Assembly: GCA_963771075.1 (NCBI GenBank)
Contig: CAVYSE010000018.1
Location: forward strand, 64,001-128,000
Length of the DNA: 64,000 nucleotides
Source of the DNA: a candidate division FCPU426 bacterium
GTDB lineage: Bacteria > Oederibacteriota > Muellerivitia > Muellerivitales > Muellerivitaceae
Direction of reading: 5' to 3'
This document shows, one piece after another, positions 1 through 10,220 of the stretch. Made by a program: the position numbers and the translations under genes. The notes below the pieces were generated by a model. That model was given only the letters and a program-made list of their open reading frames with translations, did no database searches and had not been told where the DNA came from. How positions within the stretch are numbered: the stretch's first letter is position 1; each line of letters starts with the position of its first letter.

Positions 1-162
1 ATAAACGCGAGATGAATTCCAAGATCGTCTCATTGTTGCCCGACCATGCCTCTTCCACGAGGCTTCATGCCGAGAGGTATGTCTTGGGTGTATTGGCGCC
101 AATGCCAAAGGGCTTAGTTCCAGCTTCCTGCGCAGGCGACACGAAAAGGGAAAATAGACAAA

Positions 163-1338
163 GTGAAAATTAAACGAAAATCATCCAAACCCAAATTTTC
201 ACTTCCACCAGAAATCTCACCCGATATTATCCCGGTCACCCGTCCCCTATTGCCTCCGTTGGAAAAATTCATTCCTTATCTTCGCCAAATTTGGAAAAAC
301 CAATGGTTAACCAACAACGGGCCTTTTCATCAGAAGTTGGAAATGGAATTGGCTGAATATTTGGGGGTGAAACATTTGTCGCTTTTTACCAACGGCACCA
401 TCGCTTTGGTGACGGCTTTACAGGCGCTTGGAATAAAAGGCGAGGTCATTACAACTCCTTTTTCCTTCGTGGCAACAAGCCATGCGTTGCGGTGGAATAA
501 CCTTACCCCTGTTTTCGCGGATATAAGCCCGAACACCTTCAATCTCGATCCCGATAAGGTCGAGGCCGCCATCACCCCGCGCACCAGCGCCATTTTACCT
601 GTCCACTGTTATGGGCGGGCTTGCGAAACAGCCCGCTTTGAAGCCATCGGGCGAAAACACGGCCTCAAGGTCATTTATGACGCGGCCCACGCATTTGGGG
701 TCCGCGATCCAAGCGGCAGCATTTTAAGCCATGGGGACCTGACCATTCTCAGTTTCCACGCGACAAAAGTTTTCAACACATTCGAGGGCGGGGCCATCGT
801 CAGCCCCAACGCTGAAACGAAAAAGCATATCGATCATTTAAAAAATTTCGGTTTTATCGATGAGGTGACCGTGGTCGACGTGGGGATCAACGGCAAAATG
901 AACGAATTGCAGTCGGCTTTCGGTTTATTGCAGTTGAAATACATGGCGCGGGCCTCCAAAAAAAGCCGTAAGATCGACATGCAATACCGCAAAAGGCTAA
1001 AAGGCTTACGTGGCATAACCTTATTTGATCTGCCCAAGGACATCATTCACAACTATTCCTATTTTCCAATTTTGGTGAATGATGAATATGCGATGGATCG
1101 TAATGAACTTTATGCCCGCTTGAAGGAAAAGGGCATATACGCCAGGCGTTATTTTTATCCTTTGATCAGCAACATGCCCATGTATCGGGACCTACCATCC
1201 TCGGCACGGGATAACCTGCCCAAAGCGAATGTCTTCGCCGAACGCGTGATTTGCCTGCCGATTTTCCCATCCATGACAAAGAAAGAAGTTAAAAAAGTGA
1301 TCGATTCAATAACCCGCGTGATGGAATCCCAAAAATGA
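163..1338 (+). CDS. DegT/DnrJ/EryC1/StrS family PLP-dependent sugar aminotransferase (VioA-like)
   Basis: Motifs IYDAAHAFG, SFHATKVFNTFEGG (PLP lysine), GINGKMNE, RRYFYP. Confidence 0.92.
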   Translation: MKIKRKSSKPKFSLPPEISPDIIPVTRPLLPPLEKFIPYLRQIWKNQWLTNNGPFHQKLEMELAEYLGVKHLSLFTNGTIALVTALQALGIKGEVITTPFSFVATSHALRWNNLTPVFADISPNTFNLDPDKVEAAITPRTSAILPVHCYGRACETARFEAIGRKHGLKVIYDAAHAFGVRDPSGSILSHGDLTILSFHATKVFNTFEGGAIVSPNAETKKHIDHLKNFGFIDEVTVVDVGINGKMNELQSAFGLLQLKYMARASKKSRKIDMQYRKRLKGLRGITLFDLPKDIIHNYSYFPILVNDEYAMDRNELYARLKEKGIYARRYFYPLISNMPMYRDLPSSARDNLPKANVFAERVICLPIFPSMTKKEVKKVIDSITRVMESQK

Positions 1339-1379
1339 ACCCTCTCCATTTTGTCAAAACGCAATAATCAGGAGTTTAT

Positions 1380-3440
1380 GTGATTAAAAATAGGAATGTT
1401 CTCATACTACCGGCCGGATCGGAAATCGGCCTCTCCATCCATAGCGCCTTATCCCAATGCAAAGAAGTTACCCTTTTTGGCGCTGGGGAAAATGACAACA
1501 ACCACGCCCGTTTCGTTTTCAATAAATACCATATTATAAAAAATGTTAACGAAACCGGATGGCTCGAGCAATTGGACTCTTTTTGTAAGATGTTCGATAT
1601 CCACTACATTTTTCCGGCCCATGATGATGTCATAGTCGCTCTAGCCACCCACCAAGAAAAGATTCCTGCCCGAGTGATCACTTCCTCTTTGGCCTCCTGT
1701 CTTATTTGCCGTTGCAAATCGAAAACTTACAATCATCTCCAAAAACGGGTCCGGGTTCCCAAGCTTTACGCCGGGATTCAAGAGATAAAATCATTTCCTG
1801 TGTTTGTGAAACCTGATATGGGCCATGGGTCACAAGGAGCTCATCTGGTTAAAGATCTTGCCGAATTAGTTTTTAGACTTGAAAACACCGAAAATCCCAT
1901 CATATGTGAATACCTCCCCGGCGAGGAATTTACAGTGGATTGTTTTTCTGATCGAGAGAAGGGGCTTTTATTTTGCGGCGCCCGAACCCGATTGCACATT
2001 CGTAACGGCATCTCCAACAACACCCGAACGGTCGATTTACCGGAAGCCAAAGAATTTGCGACGATCATTGGTAAAGAATTAAATATGAGAGGCTCATGGT
2101 TCTTCCAACTCAAACGTGCCTTGGATGGGAAACTGACCCTCTTGGAAGTCGCGCCTCGAACCGCAGGGGCCATGGGAGTTCACAGGGCCATGGGTGTCAA
2201 TTTCCCATTGTTGAGTCTTTATGAGGAAGAGCGAGAAAACATCTCCATCTTAATCAATTCAGGCCCCATCGAGATGGACCGCGCCCTCGGTAGTGTTCAA
2301 TACAAAATGAATCTGAAGTATTCTTCGCTATATATTGATCTGGATGACACCCTGATCCTCCATGACAGGGTGAACCTTAAGGTCCTCCAACTCATCTATC
2401 AGTGTTTATCGTCAGGCAAAAGGATTCATCTCTTGACCCGGCACCGCGGGAACCTCGACCAAACCCTTCAAAATCATCGACTTTCCAGTCTCTTTGACAC
2501 GGTCACTCTATTGCCGGAAGGCGCAAAAAAATCGGATTACATCAAGGGCGAGAACTCAATTTTTATCGACGATAGTTTTTCCGAGCGAAAAGACGTCAGC
2601 GGCCAATGTTCAATACCAACTTTCGATTGCAGTATGATCGAAGGGCTTCTGAATGCGACGGAAGTTCTTAAAAAATCTAATGTCCAGACATCCAATACTC
2701 AAAAAAGAAAAAAGATTATTTTGGGTTCAATGCAACCATATTTCTTCCCTTATTTGGGTTATTTTGATCTGATCCATAGTACTGATCGATGGATTGTTTT
2801 TGATACTGTCCAATACATCCGAAAAGGTTGGATCAATCGAAACCGTATTCTTCACCCAACAAAAGGTTGGCAATATATAACCATCCCCATAAAATATGCC
2901 CCACAAAGTACCCCCATACGGGAAATACAAACTACAGATCCCCAACTCTGGCAAACTAAAATATTGGGTCAATTAGCCCATTATCGTAAAACCGCTCCCT
3001 TTTATGAAAAAACGATAGATTTTGTAAAATCTTGTTTCGATACTGACCAGGTTCTTCTCGCGAATCTAAATACATATATTCTTTCTCTGATTTGCCGATA
3101 TTTGAATTTGAATTTTGATTACTCATTATTTTCCAATATGAATCTCGTGTTAAATCCCGTTGACGGACCAGGAGATTGGGCTCTTCGGATGTGTGAATCT
3201 ATCGGTGCCACGGAATATATCAATCCACCTGGCGGAACAAGCATTTTCGATTCCCAACGTTTTACAGAAGCAGGAATTAATTTGAGGATCCAAAAACCCA
3301 TTGAATTCGTCTATTCATGTAATGGATATTCATTTGAGCCCAATCTTTCCATAATTGATATATTAATGTGGAATACGCCCGAAGAAATTAAAAAATACCT
3401 AGAAATTAGAAAAAACGAGTCACGAAATCATGAAAATTGA
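1380..3440 (+). CDS. Fusion protein: ATP-grasp domain + HAD-like domain + WbqC-like domain
   Basis: VFVKPDMGHGSQG / EYLPGEEFTVD / LLEVAPR (ATP-grasp); YIDLDDTL and FIDDSFSER (HAD); MQPYFFPYLGYF...GWINRNRI...YINPPGG...LSIID (WbqC). Confidence 0.8.
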   Translation: MIKNRNVLILPAGSEIGLSIHSALSQCKEVTLFGAGENDNNHARFVFNKYHIIKNVNETGWLEQLDSFCKMFDIHYIFPAHDDVIVALATHQEKIPARVITSSLASCLICRCKSKTYNHLQKRVRVPKLYAGIQEIKSFPVFVKPDMGHGSQGAHLVKDLAELVFRLENTENPIICEYLPGEEFTVDCFSDREKGLLFCGARTRLHIRNGISNNTRTVDLPEAKEFATIIGKELNMRGSWFFQLKRALDGKLTLLEVAPRTAGAMGVHRAMGVNFPLLSLYEEERENISILINSGPIEMDRALGSVQYKMNLKYSSLYIDLDDTLILHDRVNLKVLQLIYQCLSSGKRIHLLTRHRGNLDQTLQNHRLSSLFDTVTLLPEGAKKSDYIKGENSIFIDDSFSERKDVSGQCSIPTFDCSMIEGLLNATEVLKKSNVQTSNTQKRKKIILGSMQPYFFPYLGYFDLIHSTDRWIVFDTVQYIRKGWINRNRILHPTKGWQYITIPIKYAPQSTPIREIQTTDPQLWQTKILGQLAHYRKTAPFYEKTIDFVKSCFDTDQVLLANLNTYILSLICRYLNLNFDYSLFSNMNLVLNPVDGPGDWALRMCESIGATEYINPPGGTSIFDSQRFTEAGINLRIQKPIEFVYSCNGYSFEPNLSIIDILMWNTPEEIKKYLEIRKNESRNHEN

Positions 3441-4425
3441 TACCAGAAATAGTTTGAACCCCAAAAAAGAAATTGGCGGTTATTTTGGTTTGGAATTACC
3501 CATCGGCCAGAATTTCCCCCATAACAATGGGTTATTATTGAATACAGGTCGTAATTGTCTTGAATACATTTTAAAATTCAATAACGCGGCTCGTTTATTC
3601 ATCCCTCGTTATACGTGCGACGTCGTTTTAGAACCTTTAAAGAAATTAAATATTAGTTTTGTCTATTATAGAATTGGGTTGGATTTTCAAATTCTTGAAA
3701 ATTTTTCACTAAAAAAGACTGAGTACCTTTTGTATACCAATTATTTTGGAATAAATGATACTTATATAAAAAAAGTGAGAAAAATATACCCTTATTCATT
3801 AATTGTTGATAATTCGCAATCTTTTTACAGCCCCCCACTCAAAAACGTTAACACCTTTTATAGTCCTCGGAAATATTTTGGACTTTCGGATGGGGGTATT
3901 GTTTATTCAAGAAGCCACATTAAAAATAAATTAATTAGAGACTTTTCCACAGATCGATCAAAATATTTATTGAAACGATTAGATACAAGCGGCGCGGAAG
4001 GTTACGAACATTTCAAGCATTCCGATCATGATTTAATAAATCAACCTATAAAACGCATGTCGTTATTAACCGAGCATATTCTTAGGTCCATCAATTTTTC
4101 AGCCGTAAAAGAAAAAAGGATTCATAATTTTTATACATTACATAAAAGTTTGCATCACTTAAACGAACTGAAAATTCCTGAACATTATTTCTGTCCAATG
4201 CTTTATCCGTTTTTAATCAAAAATGGTTACAAAATTCGGAAAACCTTAATTAAAAAAAGGGTTTACATTGCCACCTATTGGCCCGACGTGCTGGAATTCT
4301 GTGACATAAATTCCAATGAGCATTATTTGTCTAAAAATTTATTAGCACTGCCTATCGACCAAAGGTATGACACTCAAGAAATGATGAAAATCGTAAATAT
4401 TATTAAACAATGTAACTTTAACTAA
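3430..4425 (+). CDS. DegT-like PLP-dependent aminotransferase-fold protein
   Basis: EIGGYFGLE, NYFG, IVDNSQSFY, FYSPRKYFGLSDGG, LPIDQRY motifs. Confidence 0.7.
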   Translation: MKIDTRNSLNPKKEIGGYFGLELPIGQNFPHNNGLLLNTGRNCLEYILKFNNAARLFIPRYTCDVVLEPLKKLNISFVYYRIGLDFQILENFSLKKTEYLLYTNYFGINDTYIKKVRKIYPYSLIVDNSQSFYSPPLKNVNTFYSPRKYFGLSDGGIVYSRSHIKNKLIRDFSTDRSKYLLKRLDTSGAEGYEHFKHSDHDLINQPIKRMSLLTEHILRSINFSAVKEKRIHNFYTLHKSLHHLNELKIPEHYFCPMLYPFLIKNGYKIRKTLIKKRVYIATYWPDVLEFCDINSNEHYLSKNLLALPIDQRYDTQEMMKIVNIIKQCNFN

Positions 4426-4465
4426 ACCTAAATTTTCATTTTTTTTTATTAAAGGGAGGTTTTAG

Positions 4466-5215
4466 ATGACCTTAAATCCATTCGAGGTTAAAAATTTTGA
4501 GGATTTTAGACTTTTGGCGCAGGACGATACACTTTCTAAATATGGAAGAATTGGTGCGCTTGATTCCTATCGACAGGGTTTTGAACAATCCATTTTCGAG
4601 GATATATGCCAGAAATTGTCCAACCTTGTGAATAAACATCAAAAGGTCGTTGATATTGGACCAGGCTGTACCGATATCCCACAATTATTGATGGATCTCT
4701 GCAAGGAACAAGGTCATTCTCTCACCTTAATCGACAGTTCCGAAATGCTCGCGCGATTGCCTCAAGAACCATTTATAGAGAAAATTCCCGGACTTTTTCC
4801 TCCCCAATGTTCCGAATGGATTCAAAAACGGCAGGGCCAAATGGACGTCATCCTTTGTTATAGCGTATTGCATTATGTCGTTGTTGATACGCCTTTAATA
4901 AATTTTATAGACAGCGTCCTTTCCCTCTTGGCGCCGGGCGGTCAAATTCTTATAGGGGATATTCCCAATATTTCCATGCGCAACCGGTTTTTCGCAAGTG
5001 AGGCTGGCGTCCGCTGCCACCAGGAATTCACTAAATCGAAGGAAATACCCCAGGTAGTTTTCAATCGAATTGAACCTGGAAAAATTGATGATGGTATCAT
5101 TTTTGGGATCTTACAAAGGTCCCGAAATGCAGGATTACACGCCTATGTGATTCCCCAAAATCCCAATATGCCATTAGCAAATCGTCGTGAAGATATCCTA
5201 ATAATCAGGCCTTGA
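4466..5215 (+). CDS. Class I SAM-dependent methyltransferase
   Basis: VVDIGPGC motif I, ILCYSVLHY, LAPGGQILIGD. Confidence 0.8.
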   Translation: MTLNPFEVKNFEDFRLLAQDDTLSKYGRIGALDSYRQGFEQSIFEDICQKLSNLVNKHQKVVDIGPGCTDIPQLLMDLCKEQGHSLTLIDSSEMLARLPQEPFIEKIPGLFPPQCSEWIQKRQGQMDVILCYSVLHYVVVDTPLINFIDSVLSLLAPGGQILIGDIPNISMRNRFFASEAGVRCHQEFTKSKEIPQVVFNRIEPGKIDDGIIFGILQRSRNAGLHAYVIPQNPNMPLANRREDILIIRP

Positions 5216-5229
5216 TACTTATTTCAAGC

Positions 5230-6502
5230 CATAGCTGTCTAAATTAGCCAAAATCAAACCCGGCTTGTTTTGGAATCGGGAAGCCGTCAGATGAGGGCTT
5301 GAAGGGGTGGTTTAGCCAATCCCAAAGGTTCCTTCGGCAAAACAGGTTCACGGGAAGGATACTGCTCAGGGTATAAAGCGGCCAAACGAATTTCGATTTG
5401 AATTTCATATAGCTGAGCATCAAGTACGCAATCATAGCCGTCCACAATTGAGACAGTAGGGCGTTCGGGGACGTACCCACGAAACTCTTGACCTTGAGCT
5501 GTTGTTTGAGGGTCTTGAAGAAAAGTTCGATTTGCCACCGGTCCTTGTAGACGGCGGCGATGGTGGAGGCGGCCAATTGGAACTGATTAGTGAGCAGGAC
5601 GACCCGTTTCTTGGTTTCGGGATCCCTGGCAACGACTCGCCTCAAACGATGGGAATACTTTAGACGAGTGTGGAAGTCCCTCAATTCGATGATCTGGTCG
5701 GCCACGATATTGGATCGGGTTTTCTCATGGCGTTCCACCACCCGAAAGGATGAGTTGGATTTGAGGCGCGTGACAAAGAAAACACCTTGTTTTGTAAGGT
5801 TTTGGAGAAGGGCGAAATCGAGGTAACCCCGGTCCATGACCATGACATCGCCTTTTTCCAAAGGAACGAGTGGAAGGATATTTTTTTCGTGAATATTGCC
5901 GGGAGTCATGCGAAGAAATGTAGGCAGGTAGCCTGAGTGATTGAACTTCACGTGAAGTTTGACGGCTCCTTTTGTTTTTCGAAATTTGGCCCAGTCAAAA
6001 AGGGACAGGCAGAGGCTGATGGTAGAGGCGTCCAGGGAATAGAGGGGGTTCTTGAACCTGAATTTATGATGAGGAGCCACCGTCTGGCATTTAGACAGCA
6101 TGAGGGAAAATAAGTCCTCAAAGAGAGACGCGGGGCGGTTGGCGTTGGCGTAGGACAGGGAGGGGCGACAAATGGGCTGTGCTCCCAGGTGATACAGGTT
6201 GTTGCTCTGGGTGGCGAGTCCGGCTTCGATGCCCCGGAGTGCATCTTGTCCGGCCAATTGGCCATAGAGCATGGCCACGAAGTGGGACCAGGAAGTGACA
6301 CCCCGGGCGTGGTACTCGGCCCGGTGCTTCAAAACCAGGTTTTGGAATTCATGTCTCGAAAAAAACTTTAGCATCTGGGAAAGGATTGTGGAACAATGAG
6401 CCAAGGCACGACCTCCTGGAATAATAAGGGTTTCGCACACACTTATTATATTTCTCCGGGTTGGTTAGGCCTTTTTTATTGGGGCTAATTTAGACACACA
6501 TG
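5230..6502 (-). mobile_element. IS4-family insertion sequence, intact, with 20-bp IRs and 9-bp target duplication
   Basis: CATAGCTGTCTAAATTAGCC (5230-5249) vs GGCTAATTTAGACACACATG (6483-6502), 17/20 complementary; ATTTCAAGC at 5221-5229 and 6503-6511. Confidence 0.93.
5244..6440 (-). CDS. IS4-family DDE transposase (DUF4372 N-terminus)
   Basis: LDASTI, VMDRGY, YKDRWQIELFFK (YREK signature). Confidence 0.93.
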   Translation of the reverse strand: MCETLIIPGGRALAHCSTILSQMLKFFSRHEFQNLVLKHRAEYHARGVTSWSHFVAMLYGQLAGQDALRGIEAGLATQSNNLYHLGAQPICRPSLSYANANRPASLFEDLFSLMLSKCQTVAPHHKFRFKNPLYSLDASTISLCLSLFDWAKFRKTKGAVKLHVKFNHSGYLPTFLRMTPGNIHEKNILPLVPLEKGDVMVMDRGYLDFALLQNLTKQGVFFVTRLKSNSSFRVVERHEKTRSNIVADQIIELRDFHTRLKYSHRLRRVVARDPETKKRVVLLTNQFQLAASTIAAVYKDRWQIELFFKTLKQQLKVKSFVGTSPNALLSQLWTAMIAYLMLSYMKFKSKFVWPLYTLSSILPVNLFCRRNLWDWLNHPFKPSSDGFPIPKQAGFDFG

Positions 6503-6547
6503 ATTTCAAGCAGTAAAATGCGTAGACTCTTAATGAACTAAAGGCCC

Positions 6548-8017
6548 ATGACAAACACCCTTAAACATAAAGCCGTAAGTGCCTCGATTTGGAGTGCAAT
6601 CGATATCTTCGGTCGGCAAGGAGTGCAGTTCGGCATCACCATCATCCTGGCACGGTTGCTGACACCTGCCGATTATGGCACCGTTGGTCTTCTCTCCATT
6701 TTCATTGGGCTTGCGGGCGTTTTTATCGCCTCTGGATTTTCCACTGCATTGATCCAACGGCACGAAATAAATGATGTCGATCTTTCTTCAGTCTTTTATT
6801 TCAACATCGGTATAGCACTTCTTTTAAGTGCCCTACTAAGCGTTTCAGCACCTTGGATCGCAACCTTCTACAATATGCCGGTGCTCACACCGCTTACTCG
6901 CCTCCTTGCCGTGGGCCTCTTCATTGGGGCCTTCGGCAGTATTCAGAGCACTCTGATGACAAAGGCGCTCGATTTTCGCAAACAATGCATTATCTCCCTT
7001 GCCGCAGTCGTTGTTTCCGGCGCCATAGCCGTAATATTAGCACTGCAACATTATGGAGTCTGGAGCTTAGCCATCTCAACACTTGTTTCTACTTTCGTTT
7101 CCACCTCCCTTCTTTGGATTCTCAATTCTTGGCGGCCAAAATACGTTTTTTCCCTGACGGCAGTAAGATCACTTTTCAGTTTCGGCGGTTATTTGCTTAT
7201 CAGCGGATTACTCGACACCTTCTATACACGCCTGAACACCTTAGTCATTGGTAAATTCTATTCTCCTAAAGACCTCGGGTTCTACTCTCGCGCCGACAGC
7301 ACCCAACAATTGCCGGCCAGCCTGCTAACCGGAGTAATCGGCCGGGTGGCCTTTCCAATATTTTCTGAGGCTCATAAAGACAAAAAAAATCTACGTGTCG
7401 GTTTACGCAAGGCGATCACCTTGGTGATGATGGTCAATATTCCGGTCATGTTAGGAATGGTCGTTACTGCTAGATCGCTAGTCCTTGTCCTTTTTGGAAA
7501 GCAATGGTTACCTTGTGTTCCTTATTTAAAAATTCTTTGTATTGGCGGCATTTTATGGCCGCTTCATGTCCTCAACCTTAACGCCCTGATCGCCCAAGGG
7601 CACTCTAAACTTTTCTTTCGGCTAGAAGTGATCAAGAAAGTGGTGGGTGTAATAATCCTAGGAATAGCTAGTTTTTTTGGGATTTTGGCCATTGCTTGGA
7701 GCATCGTTATTACCAGTATTATCTGCTTTGCCATCAATGCCCGTTACAGTGCTCTTTTTCTCAATTACGGCACTCTTCACCAAAGCTTAGATTTGCTTCC
7801 TTATTGTGCCACAAGCATATTTATGGCCACTTGCGCCTGGGCAGTAAGCCTAGTGCCAATACATACCCCTTTCATACTTTTAATCGGGCAAGTGATGACC
7901 GGACTTGCCACGTATTCCCTTGCTTGTTATGTCTTTCGCCTCCCGGCCTTTATTGAATCCATAGAACTTTTGTGGAACTGTCTTCAAAACAAAAATCTGT
8001 CGGACATAAAACCATGA
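6548..8017 (+). CDS. wzx: Wzx-type polysaccharide flippase (WzxC-like)
   Basis: Many TM helices; ILARLLTPADYG, IGKFYSPKDLGFYSRA. Confidence 0.88.
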   Translation: MTNTLKHKAVSASIWSAIDIFGRQGVQFGITIILARLLTPADYGTVGLLSIFIGLAGVFIASGFSTALIQRHEINDVDLSSVFYFNIGIALLLSALLSVSAPWIATFYNMPVLTPLTRLLAVGLFIGAFGSIQSTLMTKALDFRKQCIISLAAVVVSGAIAVILALQHYGVWSLAISTLVSTFVSTSLLWILNSWRPKYVFSLTAVRSLFSFGGYLLISGLLDTFYTRLNTLVIGKFYSPKDLGFYSRADSTQQLPASLLTGVIGRVAFPIFSEAHKDKKNLRVGLRKAITLVMMVNIPVMLGMVVTARSLVLVLFGKQWLPCVPYLKILCIGGILWPLHVLNLNALIAQGHSKLFFRLEVIKKVVGVIILGIASFFGILAIAWSIVITSIICFAINARYSALFLNYGTLHQSLDLLPYCATSIFMATCAWAVSLVPIHTPFILLIGQVMTGLATYSLACYVFRLPAFIESIELLWNCLQNKNLSDIKP

Positions 8018-9012
8018 CCTTGCCAATTTCGGACGATATATTAGCCGTGGAAAATAAAAATGAAATTACTTTAAGCGTAATCTGTTTTGCTTTTAACCAC
8101 GAAAAATATATTGTGCAAGCAATCGAAAGTTTTTTATCACAAAAAACGAATTTCAAACTTGAAATAATCGTTCATGACGACGCATCAATCGACAAAACAG
8201 CAGATATTGTTTACGAGTACGAAGAAAAATTTCCAGAACTTTTTACGTGTATCTTCCAAAAAGAAAATCAATATTTGAAATGTCCAACCGCCATGATCGG
8301 ATTAACCTTTAATAAAGCGCGAGGGAAATATATTGCATTGTGCGAAGGCGATGATTTTTGGACCGATCCCCTCAAATTACAGCAGCAAGTTGATTTTCTG
8401 GAGGCAAACCCCACCTATTCAATGAGTTTTCACCCGTCAATGAAATTGTATCTGGAAACTAACATTACTTTTGAAAAGCCACTCTTGGGTCCAAGTAAGA
8501 TTCAATCGACCTACAACCTGGATGACCTTTTGCGAGAAAGCAACTTTATACCTACAAGTAGTGTTGTTTTTCGTGCATGGGATGGCCCCAATCATTTACC
8601 GGTGTGGTTTGATCAAGCGAAAATCGGTGATTTTCCCTTGTTCCTCCTTATTGCGAAAAAAGGATATATTGGTTTTATCAACAAGGCGATGTCTGCATAT
8701 CGTATTCATCCCGGAGGAGTATGGACTTCAGCGAAGTCTTTTGAAAAGGCAAAAATCATTCTTGATATTTATCGTTTGTTTCGGTCAGAAATAAATTTAA
8801 AACAAAGGAAGTCTTTCTCAATAGGCATTTCTAATTATTATAGGCATGTAGCTAATGAAGGCTTTAAAAATGGATTAAAATTAAAACCATTTTTCGACTT
8901 TATGATGGCTATTTATTACTCCATTCCTTTCAATTTTTTTAACCTGGTCTCAAAAATTATTAAAATTATTTTGAGAATATTGAAGAAAACCGTGCAACAA
9001 AATGAAAAATAA
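8014..9012 (+). CDS. Glycosyltransferase family 2
   Basis: FNHEKYI...IIVHDDASID...GKYIALCEGDDFW; ATG overlaps the wzx stop. Confidence 0.9.
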   Translation: MTLPISDDILAVENKNEITLSVICFAFNHEKYIVQAIESFLSQKTNFKLEIIVHDDASIDKTADIVYEYEEKFPELFTCIFQKENQYLKCPTAMIGLTFNKARGKYIALCEGDDFWTDPLKLQQQVDFLEANPTYSMSFHPSMKLYLETNITFEKPLLGPSKIQSTYNLDDLLRESNFIPTSSVVFRAWDGPNHLPVWFDQAKIGDFPLFLLIAKKGYIGFINKAMSAYRIHPGGVWTSAKSFEKAKIILDIYRLFRSEINLKQRKSFSIGISNYYRHVANEGFKNGLKLKPFFDFMMAIYYSIPFNFFNLVSKIIKIILRILKKTVQQNEK

Positions 9013-10195
9013 TAAGCCATTCGATAACATTGTCTTTAATGAAGCGCTTGAAGAAATGAAATCTATTCGTTTCAGGGTATCCAGACAACCGGAACCGGGT
9101 TACTCTCCCTATATTGTTTTTAGCGGTAGGTCTAATCATCGCTGGTGGCTTATTCCGAAAACATTCAGAAAAATAATGATAAGTAGTTTTGCTTTATACC
9201 AACCCGTTATTTTCATTTCAAAACTATTGAAGTGGTTGGGATTATTTTTAACAGGTTTAGGGTTTTCTTCTTTTCTGAGAAAAACTCTTTACGTCTCTGA
9301 GAAATCACTACTACCTGATATTTTTAAAGGAATTAATCTCCACTTCGCTTTCTTTACCGGTACCCACAGTTCCCACCGTAAAACAACCGTCCAGGTTATG
9401 GATTCTATTGGTTCCATCAAAGGATATGCCAAAATAACCTTGAATCCCTCGATCAAATCGCTTTTGACTCATGAGGCCGAAACCTTGAATCGGGTTCAAA
9501 AGCTTGACCTTAATTGTGCCTTAGTCCCAAAGGTCCTCTATTGCGGGAAAATTGGGCAAGCCTGGGTTTTGGCGACTGATAGTCTAAAAACCATCTGTTC
9601 AAAAACTTTTACAATACTGACCCAAACCCACATAAGCTTCCTTAAGGAACTTTCAGAAAAAACAATAATATTCGGTACAAATAATAATAGATGGCTCATT
9701 AAAGAACTAAATTCCCAATACAAATTTGTGTCTAACAGGTTATCTATCCATTGGCAACAAAGATTAAAAAAGTCCTTGGAATACATTGCAAGTCATAAAG
9801 GCACCTTAGGAAAGAGATCTTTAAGTCATGGCGATTTCACACCGTGGAATACTTTTATTGTTAACGACAAGCTTTATGTTTTCGATTGGGAATACGCTTC
9901 TGATAGTTTTTCACCCAATTACGACCTAATTCACTTTATTCTTTCGCTTCCATCAGTAAAACGCCAAACTTCAACCAAAATAATATTTTTAATTAGAAAG
10001 CAATTGAAGGAATTAAAGATCGCCCAAGACAATGTTTGCGCAGATATTCTTTTTCTATCCTACCTATGTGGGCGCACACTACAATTTATCGCTAGGGAAA
10101 AAAGAGGTAAGAGTGGGGTAGTTCCATGGGACGGGGAACAACAAATGGCGTCTTTAATTGACGTACTCTTTGAACAAAAAGGTCTAGAGAGATGA
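9002..10195 (+). CDS. Aminoglycoside-phosphotransferase-like kinase
   Basis: GYAK, HGDFTPWN (catalytic loop), FDWE (Mg-binding loop). Confidence 0.75.
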   Translation: MKNNKPFDNIVFNEALEEMKSIRFRVSRQPEPGYSPYIVFSGRSNHRWWLIPKTFRKIMISSFALYQPVIFISKLLKWLGLFLTGLGFSSFLRKTLYVSEKSLLPDIFKGINLHFAFFTGTHSSHRKTTVQVMDSIGSIKGYAKITLNPSIKSLLTHEAETLNRVQKLDLNCALVPKVLYCGKIGQAWVLATDSLKTICSKTFTILTQTHISFLKELSEKTIIFGTNNNRWLIKELNSQYKFVSNRLSIHWQQRLKKSLEYIASHKGTLGKRSLSHGDFTPWNTFIVNDKLYVFDWEYASDSFSPNYDLIHFILSLPSVKRQTSTKIIFLIRKQLKELKIAQDNVCADILFLSYLCGRTLQFIAREKRGKSGVVPWDGEQQMASLIDVLFEQKGLER

Positions 10196-10220
10196 ATACT
10201 CCCGATAAATGGAATAACAT

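Noticed and set aside
1..174. Open frame at the window start
   Set aside because: Probably the tail of an upstream gene, but too short to identify
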